Notes: generated by a model from the letters alone, not told the origin. Positions 1 to 9,224 are shown, counted from the stretch's first letter. The stretch is 32,000 bases of DNA from Dickeya solani IPO 2222 (GCF_001644705.1 NZ_CP015137.1:3450001-3482000), one strand, 5' to 3'. Numbers and translations: made by a program.

Positions 1-896
1 AGGTAAAACCGGAAACGTTCTACCCGATCATTCGCGCCCGTCTGACGGAAATCAACGGGCTGCGGGCCACCGATCTGGTGCATGAGGACGACCCCGGCGG
101 GGAAACCGTCAACCGGGAACTGAACCTGACCTGGCTGACCCAACTGCCGGGCCATAATCCGCTGGTGGCGGGGCAGTGGCCGCCGAAAGCGGGCGAGGTG
201 TCGATAGAGCAAGGCGTGGCGCAGCGCCTTGGGTTAAAGATAGGCGATTCGCTGACCTTCACCGGCGATACCCAGCCGTTTCAGGCCACGATCAGCAGCC
301 TGCGGCAGGTGGACTGGGAAAGCCTGCGGCCGAATTTCTTCTTCATTTTTCCACCCGGCTCGCTGGATAGTCAGCCGCAGTCATGGCTGACCAGTTTCCG
401 CTATGAAGGCGGGGATACGCTGATCACCCAACTGAACCGCCAGTTTCCGACGCTGACGGTGCTGGATGTCGGCGCCATTCTTAAGCAGATCAGCACCGTG
501 TTGCAGCAGGTGGGGCTGGCGCTGGAAGTGATGGTGGTGCTGGTGCTGTTCTGCGGCGCGTTGTTGTTGCTGGCGCAGATTCAGGTCGGCATGCGTCAGC
601 GGCGTCAGGAACTGATCGTGTATCGCACGCTGGGAGCAGGGCGGCGTTTGTTGCGCGCCACGCTGTGGTGGGAATTTGCGGTGCTGGGGCTGTCAGCCGG
701 CCTGGCGGCGGCGTTGGGCGCGGAGGCGGCGTTATGGCTGCTGCAGCGCAAGGTGTTCGATTTTCCGTGGCAGCCAAATATGTGGCTGTGGGTTGGATTG
801 CCGGTAGTGGCGGCACTGCTGCTGTCGCTGTACGGCGGCTGGCTGGGGCTGCGGTTGCTGCGCGGCAATGCGCTGTTCCGGCGTTATCACGCCTGA
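1..896 (+). CDS. ybbP: FtsX-like ABC transporter permease, C-terminal portion (YbbP-like); 5' end lies outside the window
   Basis: Frame 3 is open from base 3 into track ORF 78..896, so the GTG at 78 is internal. Stop is TGA 894-896. The last ~150 aa form hydrophobic helices typical of an FtsX/MacB permease domain. A hairpin terminator follows. Confidence 0.8.
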   Translation, partial: VKPETFYPIIRARLTEINGLRATDLVHEDDPGGETVNRELNLTWLTQLPGHNPLVAGQWPPKAGEVSIEQGVAQRLGLKIGDSLTFTGDTQPFQATISSLRQVDWESLRPNFFFIFPPGSLDSQPQSWLTSFRYEGGDTLITQLNRQFPTLTVLDVGAILKQISTVLQQVGLALEVMVVLVLFCGALLLLAQIQVGMRQRRQELIVYRTLGAGRRLLRATLWWEFAVLGLSAGLAAALGAEAALWLLQRKVFDFPWQPNMWLWVGLPVVAALLLSLYGGWLGLRLLRGNALFRRYHA

Positions 897-914
897 GAGC
901 GGGATAAACGCTTG

Positions 915-942
915 AAAGCCAGAGCTTGCCTCTGGCTTTTTT
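915..942 (+). terminator. Intrinsic terminator after ybbP
   Basis: Stem AAAGCCAGAG (915-924) pairs with CTCTGGCTTT (930-939), loop CTTGC, T-run to 942. The A-run on the 5' side could let it work in both directions. Confidence 0.8.
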
Positions 943-1112
943 AGCCGTCGTGTTATCAGCGGGTGATATTGCCTTCGTCGTTTTCGCCGCCGGGGGGGTT
1001 GTATTTCGCCAGATTGGGTTCACGGATGTCTGGCATAAGGTATCTTGCCAGTGGGCTATTGCGTGACGTTAACCAGCTTGCGGGAACGGGTCAATCGGTG
1101 GACGGCGGAAGC

Positions 1113-1160
1113 GTGGAAAGAAAGCGCGGAAAGAAAGTGCGGAAAGAAAGTGCGAAAAGA
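1113..1160. repeat. 13-bp tandem repeat, about 3.7 copies (GCGGAAAGAAAGT)
   Basis: Copies: gtggaaagaaagc 1113-1125, gcggaaagaaagt 1126-1138, gcggaaagaaagt 1139-1151, partial gcgaaaaga 1152-1160. Confidence 0.9.
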
Positions 1161-1186
1161 CGCGCAGCCTTGATGCAGGCTGCGCG
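1152..1186 (-). terminator. Intrinsic terminator of the TonB-dependent receptor gene
   Basis: 10-bp stem CGCGCAGCCT (1161-1170) pairs with AGGCTGCGCG (1177-1186), loop TGATGC. On the minus strand it is followed by TCTTTTCGC. It lies 23 nt past the stop at 1209. Confidence 0.75.
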
Positions 1187-1208
1187 ATTCAGTAGGTGGT
1201 TCCGATGA

Positions 1209-3362
1209 TTAGAAATCGACGCTGGCGCGCAATACCACTTCACGCGGGTCGCCAATCGCTACGCGCAGGTTATTGCCGCTCGACGGGTAGTAGGTTTTGT
1301 CGAACAGGTTTTTGACGTTGAGCTGCCACTTCACTTTGTAACCGTGGATCGGCACGCTGTAGGTGACAAAGGCGTCAGCCACGGTGTCGTCGTCAAGGAA
1401 GAAGCTGTTGGCGGCGTCGCCGGTGCGGCGGCCGACATAGCGGGCGCCGATGCCGGCGCGCAGATCGTCGCCGGCGTGCAGGCCCAGATTACCGAAGTCG
1501 TTGGTCAGGAACAGCGAGGCGGTATGACGCGCGACGTTGGTCATCTCATTGCCTTGATTATCCGGGTCTGACGTGACGCGGGCATCGGTAAACGCGTAAG
1601 TACCAATCAGGCTCAGGCTGTCGGTCAATTTACCGGCCACATCCACTTCCACCCCTTGCGAACGAACCTTGCCGGCGGTGCGGGTGACGGTTTCTCCGTT
1701 CACCAGCTCGCTAACCATCACGTTGCGCTTCTGGATATCAAACAGCGCCAGATTGGCGGTAACGCGGTTAGGCAGATCCAGCTTGGCGCCCACTTCGTAA
1801 GACTTGCCGGTTTCCGGCGCCATTGACCCAATCTGGGTGGCGATCGAGGTATTGGGTTTGAACGATTCACTGTAGCTGGCGTACAGCGATGACCAGGAAT
1901 TCAGGTTATAGACCACCCCGGCGCGTGGTACCAGTCGGCTGTCGGAACCATCGGTATTGGCAACAAACGGGCGCCCTTTACCTGACATCACATCAAAATG
2001 GTCGTAACGCACGCCGCCCAGCAGCATCCAATGTTCGTTGAAGCGAATGGCGTCTTGCATGAAAACGCCGGTGCTATCGATGTTTTCACGCTGGTCGCTG
2101 TCCGCTGCGCTGACGGTTGTCGATGCTGGCTGCAAACCGTAGACCGGGTTGTAGACGTTGAAACTGTAGCGCCGGGTGCTGCGCAGCATGTCGCCGCGAT
2201 GAGTACGGTCGGCTTCGTGGTCCACGCCAAACAACAACTGGTGGTTGATGCTGCCCCAGTCGATATCGCCGTTCAGCGTCAGTTGCACATTCTGCGACTG
2301 GCTGCGGGCGTCGGCGGTGGCATCCGCCTGACGTGTCAGGATGCCGGTGGTGGCGTTATAGCTGGTGGCGCGCGCCTGATTGTCGTTGTAGGTATTGCGG
2401 CTGTAGGCGTAATTCAGCTTGGTTTTCCAACGATCGTTAATGGCGCTTTCCATCTGGAAAGTCAGCGTGTCCTGATCGCCGCGGGTGGCGTTGTAGGCTT
2501 CGTCAAACCGGCGTTCGCGCGGGGTATTGACCGGTTTACCGGTGCGGCTGTCGATCACGGTGCCGCGATCGAACGGCGTCAGGTATTCCATGTGTTCGTA
2601 AGAGACCCGCACGGTGGTGCTTTCACCGTACCACATCAGCGACGGCGCAATAGTGGTCTGGCGGTTGCGGCCGAAATTGCGCCAGTAGTCGGTTTCATCG
2701 TGATCGACGATCATGCGGTAGGCCAGGCCGGAGGTGCCGAGCGGGCCGGTGACGTCCAACTGGCCGCCGCCGCCGTTGAAGCTGCTGTTCCAACCTTCGA
2801 TATGGGTTTTCTGCACCAGTTCCGGCTTTTTGCTGATGATGTTGATCATGCCGCCGGGTTCGCCCCAGCCGTATAACATCGACGCCGGTCCTTTCAGCAC
2901 TTCTACTCGCTCGGTGGTTGGGGTGACGTTGTGCGCCTGAATCGATCGCATACCGTCGCGCAGGATGGAACCGTCGCGGTTATCGCCGAAACCGCGCTTC
3001 ATCACCGCATCCTGCGTCCCGCCGAGGGTGTTAGCCTGGGTGATGCCGCTAACGTTGTACAACGCTTCATCAAGCGTTCTGGCCGCCTGATCTTCCAGCA
3101 CCTGCTGTGGCACCACATTGACGGCCTGCGGTATGTCCAGCAGGCGGCTGTCGGTGCGGGTGCCGGTGACGGCATTGTGCGGCTGGTAGCCGGTTTCCCG
3201 TGCGCCGTTTGCAGGCGTGCTGGCGGTCACCACCATCGTGTCTTCCTGCTTTTTTGTGTTTTTTGCGGCGCTATTGCTATCGGCCGGCGTGGTGGCGGCT
3301 TGAAGGCTGAAAGGCAGCAGGGCCAGCAGCGGCCAGCCCTTTTGCCAGTGAAGGTTATTCAT
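1209..3362 (-). CDS. TonB-dependent siderophore-type outer-membrane receptor
   Basis: 717 aa. Signal peptide ends ...SLQA/ATT. TonB-box-like DTMVVTA is near the N-terminus. Plug plus beta-barrel length, with a C-terminal aromatic residue (...ASVDF). It overlaps the upstream binding-protein gene by 8 nt (ATGAATAA). Confidence 0.9.
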   Translation of the reverse strand: MNNLHWQKGWPLLALLPFSLQAATTPADSNSAAKNTKKQEDTMVVTASTPANGARETGYQPHNAVTGTRTDSRLLDIPQAVNVVPQQVLEDQAARTLDEALYNVSGITQANTLGGTQDAVMKRGFGDNRDGSILRDGMRSIQAHNVTPTTERVEVLKGPASMLYGWGEPGGMINIISKKPELVQKTHIEGWNSSFNGGGGQLDVTGPLGTSGLAYRMIVDHDETDYWRNFGRNRQTTIAPSLMWYGESTTVRVSYEHMEYLTPFDRGTVIDSRTGKPVNTPRERRFDEAYNATRGDQDTLTFQMESAINDRWKTKLNYAYSRNTYNDNQARATSYNATTGILTRQADATADARSQSQNVQLTLNGDIDWGSINHQLLFGVDHEADRTHRGDMLRSTRRYSFNVYNPVYGLQPASTTVSAADSDQRENIDSTGVFMQDAIRFNEHWMLLGGVRYDHFDVMSGKGRPFVANTDGSDSRLVPRAGVVYNLNSWSSLYASYSESFKPNTSIATQIGSMAPETGKSYEVGAKLDLPNRVTANLALFDIQKRNVMVSELVNGETVTRTAGKVRSQGVEVDVAGKLTDSLSLIGTYAFTDARVTSDPDNQGNEMTNVARHTASLFLTNDFGNLGLHAGDDLRAGIGARYVGRRTGDAANSFFLDDDTVADAFVTYSVPIHGYKVKWQLNVKNLFDKTYYPSSGNNLRVAIGDPREVVLRASVDF

Positions 3363-4464
3363 GTGTTAACTGACTCCAATAGGTCCCTGAAAAATCAATC
3401 GGTAAAAACTGTTGATAGAGTTGTTGTAAGGTGCGCTGCGGGTCGATATCGCCAAACAGCGTCGGATAGAGGGCTTTGGCGAACATTTCCACCATCACCA
3501 CGTGATACGGGCTGAGATAAAAGTTGTGCCACATACTCCAGGCGCGGCCGGTGCCGACGGCGCTCAGGTGCGAGAGAAGGGGTTCCTGCATCAGCAGGGT
3601 GCGGAAACTGTCGCCGGCCTGCTGGGGCGTGACATCCGGGCCGAGCATCAGGTCGGAAAGGCGTTTGCCGTCCGGCCCGGCCATGCCGGTGGCGATGTAG
3701 ACATCCGGTCTGGCGGCCAACGCCTGTTCCGCGCTGAGCTCGCCGTATACGCCTTTCACCTTGCCGGCGGCGATGTTGTCGCCGCCGGCGAAGGCCAGCA
3801 GCTCGCCGAGATTGCCGTTGACCGCCGTGGTGCAGCAGGTGTCGCGGCGGCCAAGATGCAGGTGCAGCATCACCGTGGTCTTACGGCCGTGATACTGCGC
3901 CAGCCGCGCTTTGACAGCGTCCATGTGCTGCTGGTAGAACGCGATAAACGCGTCGGCGCGTGACGACCGATTGAGCGCGTCGCCGAGCAGCCGCAGGCTG
4001 GGCACGGTGTTTTTCAGCAGATCGACGCGCAGATCGACATAGATATAAGGAATGCCCGCCTGAGTCAGCGCCTGCTGGATGCTTTGTTCGTTGTCGGCGC
4101 CTTTAGCCAGCCGCGGCAGGATCACCAGATCCGGTTTAAGCGGCAGCAGGGCTTCCGCGTTGACGCTGTTGAGATTGCCGTTACCCAACTGCGGGATACG
4201 AGCAATGTCGGGAAACGTCGCGATGTAGCGGTTCCAGCTTTGGGCATCGTAACGCGCCAGGTCGCCTGGCCATCCCACCACGCGTTGCGCCGGGTTGCCT
4301 GGTTCCAGCAAGGCCAGCGTATACAGCATGCGGCTTTCGCCCAGCACAATGCGTTGTGGGTTATCGGGGATCGTGACCTGACGACCGGTGATATCGGTGA
4401 CGGTTTTGGCCTGCGTCAGCGGGCTGAACCCGAGCACGGCAAAGAGGAGAAAAACGATGCGCAT
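3355..4464 (-). CDS. Periplasmic iron-siderophore/cobalamin-type ABC substrate-binding protein (Peripla_BP_2-like)
   Basis: 369 aa. Signal peptide MRIVFLLFAVLGFSPLTQA. Has the LKPDLVIL motif typical of FhuD/FepB/BtuF-class binding proteins. It is the first gene of a Fur-box-preceded pair with the receptor. Confidence 0.8.
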   Translation of the reverse strand: MRIVFLLFAVLGFSPLTQAKTVTDITGRQVTIPDNPQRIVLGESRMLYTLALLEPGNPAQRVVGWPGDLARYDAQSWNRYIATFPDIARIPQLGNGNLNSVNAEALLPLKPDLVILPRLAKGADNEQSIQQALTQAGIPYIYVDLRVDLLKNTVPSLRLLGDALNRSSRADAFIAFYQQHMDAVKARLAQYHGRKTTVMLHLHLGRRDTCCTTAVNGNLGELLAFAGGDNIAAGKVKGVYGELSAEQALAARPDVYIATGMAGPDGKRLSDLMLGPDVTPQQAGDSFRTLLMQEPLLSHLSAVGTGRAWSMWHNFYLSPYHVVMVEMFAKALYPTLFGDIDPQRTLQQLYQQFLPIDFSGTYWSQLTHE

Positions 4465-4495
4465 GTTTTTTTCTCGTAAACAATAAGGCAGGAAA

Positions 4496-4514
4496 AATAA
4501 TAATTATTATTACT
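4496..4514 (-). promoter_or_regulatory. Fur box overlapping a sigma70-like promoter of the binding-protein/receptor operon
   Basis: The minus strand reads AGTAATAATAATTATTATT, matching GATAATGATAATCATTATC at 14/19 by my count. It contains the perfect 16-bp palindrome AATAATAATTATTATT (4496-4511). It sits within TTGCAA-17 nt-TATTTT, about 35-50 nt upstream of the ATG at 4464. Confidence 0.7.
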
Positions 4515-4546
4515 ATTTGCAATAAAAACGAAAAGGAACCGGGGTT

Positions 4547-4579
4547 AAAAAAGAAAAAGCCCTGATATTTCACAGGGCT
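4547..4579 (-). terminator. Intrinsic terminator of the amino-acid ABC operon
   Basis: Stem AGCCCTG (4558-4564) pairs with CAGGGCT (4573-4579). On the minus strand it is followed by TTTTTCTTTTTT. It lies 63 nt past the permease stop. Confidence 0.8.
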
Positions 4580-4641
4580 GGCAAAGGTTATGTAAATAAT
4601 TAAAGTCGCCGCGACAGGGGGGCGAGTAGGCGAGCCGGGTA

Positions 4642-5487
4642 TCAGGAGGGCGTTTTACCGTCGTGGTGCTCGTAGCCGCGGCTAAAGCGGCGCTCCAGCC
4701 GGTCTTGCAGCAATTCCAGCCCGATGGACAGCAACCAGTAAATGACGGCGGCGGTGGTGAGCATCTCCATGTAGTGGTAGGTGCTGCGGCCGTAAGACTG
4801 CGCCAGAAAGTTTAGCTCCCACAGCCCCATCAGCGACACCAGCGAGGAGTCTTTGATCATCGAAATGAACTGAGAGCCGGCAGGCGGAATGATAATGCGC
4901 AGCGCCTGCGGCGCCACCACGTGGGTGGTGATCACCCAGCGCGACAGGCCCAGCGCCATGGCGGCTTCCTTCTGCCCGCGGGGAACCGCGAGTACGCCGC
5001 TGCGGATGGTTTCCGCCAGATAGGCGCCATAGTTTAGCGACAGCGCGATGATGCCGGAGGTAAAGGCGCTCATCACGATGCCGACCTGCGGCAGCGCGAG
5101 GTAGATGATCAGCACCTGCACCAGCAGCGGCGTGCCGCGAAACAGCGAGACATAAAACGTGGCGCAGCCGAAAGCGATCGCGCTGGAAGAGAGCCGGCCT
5201 GTAGCGGTGATCACCGCCAGCAAAATACAGAACAGCATGGAAATGATGGTAATAACGACGCTCAGCACCGCCCCCTGGATGAAACCGTCCGGCGACAGGT
5301 GCATCCCTAGCATGGAAGGCAGTTTCTGCCGGATCAGGCCGGTGTCCAGATCCATAAACGAAAACAGCCACAGCAGCAGGCTGAGCAGCACCAGCCAGGT
5401 CAGGCCGGCGCGCAGACGAAAACCAAATCCGGCGCGCTCAGGCGCCGGCGGCATGTGAGACGGGGTTTCAGCGGACGAACGCGACAT
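4642..5487 (-). CDS. Polar amino-acid ABC transporter permease (HisM/GlnP family)
   Basis: 281 aa, multi-helix membrane protein. EAA-loop-like segment KEAAMALGLSRWVITTHVVAPQAL. The start overlaps the upstream binding-protein stop (TAATG at 5485-5489). It has an unusually long N-terminal extension of about 45 aa. Confidence 0.88.
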   Translation of the reverse strand: MSRSSAETPSHMPPAPERAGFGFRLRAGLTWLVLLSLLLWLFSFMDLDTGLIRQKLPSMLGMHLSPDGFIQGAVLSVVITIISMLFCILLAVITATGRLSSSAIAFGCATFYVSLFRGTPLLVQVLIIYLALPQVGIVMSAFTSGIIALSLNYGAYLAETIRSGVLAVPRGQKEAAMALGLSRWVITTHVVAPQALRIIIPPAGSQFISMIKDSSLVSLMGLWELNFLAQSYGRSTYHYMEMLTTAAVIYWLLSIGLELLQDRLERRFSRGYEHHDGKTPS

Positions 5488-6308
5488 TACGGGTTGGCCC
5501 CGGTGATGTCTTCACCAAACCACTTCATGGAGATGGCTTTCAGCGTGCCGTCGGCGCGCAGCGCGGTGATGGCATCGGCCAGCGTTTTACTCCATTCCGG
5601 GTCGCCTTTGTCGACGGCAATCCAGTTCGGTTCGGCATACAGTTCTTGCAGGATACGCAGTTGCGGCAGCTTCTCGATACGCGGTTTGGCGGTGATGCGG
5701 TCGGAAATCACCGCATCCAGCCGTTTACCCGGACCCAGCGCCAGATTACGGAACGCCATTTCTTCATCGGTGGGCACCGCCTGCACATGATCAAACGGGA
5801 AGGCGATCGGCTTACCGCCCGGGATCACCAGACTTTTGTTCAGGTAGTTCTCGTAGCTGGAACCCAGCCCCAGCCCGACTTTCTTGTTACTCAGATCGGC
5901 GGCGGATTGGATGTTTTTCTCATCCTTATGGACGATCAGCACGGCGAAGGTGCTGTAGTAAGGGGTGGCGAAGTCCAACATCTTGGCGCGTTCGGCATTC
6001 GGGGTCATGGAGCAGATGCACATGTCCCAGCGGCCTTGCCACTTGCCGCCGACGATGGTTTCCCAGCCCGGCGTCGCCAGTTCCAGCCTGGCGCCCAGTT
6101 TCTGCGCCACGGCGTTGGCGACGTCCACATCGAAGCCAACCAGCTGGTTTTTATCGTCGAGATAGCTAAATGGCGGATAGTCATTGAACAGTACGTTGCG
6201 GACTACGCCGCTCTGTTTCACCCGATCCAGCGTGCTGCCGGCCTGCGCGGCGCTGAGCATGAAACAGGCGCTGAGACCGAGCGCCATCAGTGCGAGAAGT
6301 TTTTTCAT
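5487..6308 (-). CDS. Polar amino-acid ABC transporter periplasmic substrate-binding protein (SBP_bac_3-like)
   Basis: 273 aa. Signal peptide MKKLLALMALGLSACFMLSAAQA. Segments such as GFDVDVANAVAQKLG are typical of family-3 solute-binding proteins. Confidence 0.88.
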   Translation of the reverse strand: MKKLLALMALGLSACFMLSAAQAGSTLDRVKQSGVVRNVLFNDYPPFSYLDDKNQLVGFDVDVANAVAQKLGARLELATPGWETIVGGKWQGRWDMCICSMTPNAERAKMLDFATPYYSTFAVLIVHKDEKNIQSAADLSNKKVGLGLGSSYENYLNKSLVIPGGKPIAFPFDHVQAVPTDEEMAFRNLALGPGKRLDAVISDRITAKPRIEKLPQLRILQELYAEPNWIAVDKGDPEWSKTLADAITALRADGTLKAISMKWFGEDITGANP

Positions 6309-6501
6309 CCATTTTCCCTACAAACTAACGTCACAACGGACAACGCGGGGCTGCCTGCCGCGTCCCGTCAGTGGAAATCACAAAAGTTCTCTATCTTATA
6401 GCAGCAGCGGGCGCGTGCAAAATAAGGTCTTCGTCGGACGGGTAGGGGGAGGGGCATAAGCATCGGTGATTGGCGGCGTCACATAAGCTGCATAAGCCCT
6501 A

Positions 6502-6535
6502 TAAAAAAGAAAAACCTGCCACCGGGGTGACAGGT
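6502..6535 (-). terminator. Intrinsic terminator after mglC
   Basis: Minus-strand RNA reads ACCUGUCAC CCCG GUGGCAGGU (one G-U pair) followed by UUUUUCUUUUUU. It lies 25 nt past the mglC stop at 6560. Confidence 0.85.
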
Positions 6536-6559
6536 ATGACGGAGCGATGTACGCGCGCG

Positions 6560-7570
6560 TTATTTTTTGCGGGCGTATTTCAGGGAATCCAGCGCCACGG
6601 CGAAGATGATGATGCCGCCTTTGATGATGTACTGCCAGTACGGGCTGACGCCGATGTAGGTCAGGCCGTAGTTGATGAGGGTAAAGATGATAACCCCGGT
6701 CACCACGCCGGCAACCGTACCCACGCCGCCGGCAAAGGACACGCCGCCGACCACGCACGCCGCGATGGCATCGAGTTCGTACATGAAGCCTAAGTTGTTG
6801 GTGGCGCTACCGATACGACCGGCTTCCAGCATACCGCCGAAGGCATAGAACACACCGGACAGCATGTACACCAGAATCAGGTTCAGCGACACGTTCACGC
6901 CGGAGACTTTGGCTGCTTCTGGGTTGCCGCCGATAGCGAAAATATTTTTGCCAAAGCGGGTCTTGTTCCACAGGACCCACACGAACACCGCCGCAATCGC
7001 CGCATAGAAGGTGATATAAGACAGTTTGAAGTCACCGAAGCGGATAAAACCCTGCGCGAAGGTGGAGAAACGATCGTCAAAGCCGGCGATTGGCGACGCG
7101 CCGACGATGTCGTAGTACAGGGAGTTGACGCCGTAGACGATGATCATCGTACCTAATGTGGTGATGAACGGCGTCACTTTCAGGTAGGCGATGATGATGC
7201 CGTTGACCAGACCGATCAGCGCGCCAATGGCGCAGACGATCAGGATTACCAGCGGAATCGGCATGGTCTCCAGATGCGGGAACACCTTGTTGCTGTTATC
7301 CATCGCCTGCAACAACGTGGCGGCGACCACCGCGGCGAGGCCGACCTGACGACCGGCCGACAGGTCGGTACCCTGGGTGACGATAAGCCCGGCCACGCCG
7401 AGCGCGATGATCACGCGCACCGAAGACTGGGTCAGAATGTTACTCAGGTTGGTGAGACTGAGGAAGGAGGGGTCCTGGATAATAATAATCACCAGCAATA
7501 CCAGCAGCACGGCGTAAATGCCACTGTCTTTCAGCCAGGTGAGCGCACTTTTTTTAGTTGTAGCTTTCAT
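6560..7570 (-). CDS. mglC: Galactose/methyl-galactoside ABC transporter permease MglC
   Basis: 336 aa, near-collinear with E. coli MglC as I recall it (e.g. LSNILTQSSVRVIIALGVAGLIVTQGTDLSAGRQVGLAAVVAATLLQ, C-terminal LDSLKYARKK). Confidence 0.97.
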   Translation of the reverse strand: MKATTKKSALTWLKDSGIYAVLLVLLVIIIIQDPSFLSLTNLSNILTQSSVRVIIALGVAGLIVTQGTDLSAGRQVGLAAVVAATLLQAMDNSNKVFPHLETMPIPLVILIVCAIGALIGLVNGIIIAYLKVTPFITTLGTMIIVYGVNSLYYDIVGASPIAGFDDRFSTFAQGFIRFGDFKLSYITFYAAIAAVFVWVLWNKTRFGKNIFAIGGNPEAAKVSGVNVSLNLILVYMLSGVFYAFGGMLEAGRIGSATNNLGFMYELDAIAACVVGGVSFAGGVGTVAGVVTGVIIFTLINYGLTYIGVSPYWQYIIKGGIIIFAVALDSLKYARKK

Positions 7571-7589
7571 GGTAACAGCCCTTGCATCA

Positions 7590-9110
7590 TTAAAGGTGTA
7601 ACGACGCTAAACGGAGAATTTCGTTCTGCGTGGTGTTCTTGGTTTCGACAATGCCTGCGACGAGGCCATTACTCATCACCAGAATGCGGTCGGTAACGCC
7701 CAGCAATTCCGGCATTTCAGACGAGATGATGATGATTCCTTTGCCCTTTTTCGCCAGCTCTGAAATCAGCTGATAAATCTCGAATTTGGCGCCCACGTCA
7801 ATGCCGCGGGTCGGTTCGTCCAGCATCAGGATTTCCGGCTGAGTCAGCAGCCAGCGCCCGATAATCACCTTCTGCTGGTTACCGCCGGACAGTGAGCCGA
7901 TGGCGGTGTGGTGGCCGGGGGTTTTCACCCGCATGGAATCAATGACCCACTGCACATCGCTTTTCATGCGCTTGTTGTCCAGCAGGCCGAGGCTGTTCTT
8001 GTATTTGTGAATGTTGGAAATCAGCGAATTGAAGCCGACATCCAGATAGGCGTAGATACCGGTAGAGCGGCGCTCTTCGGTCACCAGCGCGAAACCGTTA
8101 TTGATTGCTTCGTTGGCAGTATGGTTGTGGATGTCTTTGCCATGCAGTTTGATGGTACCGTTGAGTTTTTCACGGATACCGAACAGGGTTTCGACGATGT
8201 CGGTGCGTTTTGCGCCGACCAGACCGGCAATCCCCAGAATCTCGCCCTGACGCAGGTCGAACGACACATCGCGGATCGACGGCTGGCGCATCGAGGTCAG
8301 GCCGCGCACTTCCAGCATGACGTCGCCGGGGGTGTTGGTTTTGTCCGGAAAACGCTGATTGAGGGAGCGGCCGACCATCATCGCGATGATCTGGTCCATG
8401 CTCAGGCCCTCCAGCGGCTGGGTGGCGACCCACTGACCATCGCGCAGTATGGTGATTTCATCACACAGTTGGAAGATCTCTTCCATCTTGTGGGAGATGT
8501 AGACGATACCGCAGCCCCGGTCTTTCAGCTTGCGGATGATGGTGAACAGGTGGTTCACCTCTTTTTCCGTCAGCGATGAGGTGGGTTCATCCATGATGAC
8601 GATCTTGGCGTTGTAGGAGAACGCTTTGGCAATTTCGATCATCTGCATTTGCGACACCGACAGCGAGGCGACTTTGTCGCGCGGATCGATGTCGATATCC
8701 AGTTCATCGAAAATCGCTTTGGTGTCGCGATACATTTTTTCCTGATCGACGAACAGTCCTTTTTTCGGGTAACGGCCAAGCCACATGTTATCCATGACCG
8801 AACGTTGCAAAACCAGGTTCAATTCCTGATGCACCATGGATACGCCATTCTCCAGCGCTTCTTTGGCGCTTTTGAAATCGACTTCCTGCCCCTGGAATTG
8901 AATGCTGCCTGAATCTTTCTGATAAATGCCGAACAGACATTTCAGTAGCGTCGATTTTCCTGCGCCGTTTTCTCCCATTAGGGCATGGATGGAGTGGGGG
9001 CGCACCTTCAGGTTGACATTATCCAATGCCTTTACACCGGGAAACGACTTGCTGATATTGGTCATTTCCAGCAGGAATTCACGCTGAGTGGTTAGAGTGT
9101 CACTGGTCAT
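7590..9110 (-). CDS. mglA: Galactose/methyl-galactoside ABC transporter ATP-binding protein MglA
   Basis: 506 aa with a duplicated ABC domain. Has Walker [10 protein letters not shown] and signature LSGGNQQK. C-terminus is [13 protein letters not shown], as in E. coli MglA. Confidence 0.97.
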   Translation of the reverse strand: MTSDTLTTQREFLLEMTNISKSFPGVKALDNVNLKVRPHSIHALMGENGAGKSTLLKCLFGIYQKDSGSIQFQGQEVDFKSAKEALENGVSMVHQELNLVLQRSVMDNMWLGRYPKKGLFVDQEKMYRDTKAIFDELDIDIDPRDKVASLSVSQMQMIEIAKAFSYNAKIVIMDEPTSSLTEKEVNHLFTIIRKLKDRGCGIVYISHKMEEIFQLCDEITILRDGQWVATQPLEGLSMDQIIAMMVGRSLNQRFPDKTNTPGDVMLEVRGLTSMRQPSIRDVSFDLRQGEILGIAGLVGAKRTDIVETLFGIREKLNGTIKLHGKDIHNHTANEAINNGFALVTEERRSTGIYAYLDVGFNSLISNIHKYKNSLGLLDNKRMKSDVQWVIDSMRVKTPGHHTAIGSLSGGNQQKVIIGRWLLTQPEILMLDEPTRGIDVGAKFEIYQLISELAKKGKGIIIISSEMPELLGVTDRILVMSNGLVAGIVETKNTTQNEILRLASLHL

Positions 9111-9200
9111 ATTTTACCTGGTCGAAATAATTACCTGGCTGAAACGTTGCCGGGCCGAATATGATTGCCTGGCTGAAAAAATCATTCGTTCAAGCAGTTA

Positions 9201-9224
9201 GGGGCGCAGCGATTGCCGCGCCCC
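9201..9224 (-). other. GC-rich intercistronic hairpin between mglB and mglA
   Basis: GGGGCGC (9201-9207) pairs with GCGCCCC (9218-9224), with an inner GC/GC pair and a GATT loop. No U-tract. It lies 8 nt after the mglB stop. Confidence 0.6.

Noticed and set aside
963-1208. 81-aa plus-strand ORF spanning the 13-bp tandem repeat and the receptor terminator.
   Set aside because: It has a GTG start without a Shine-Dalgarno sequence. Its lysine- and arginine-rich tail is just the translated repeat, and it runs through a minus-strand terminator hairpin.
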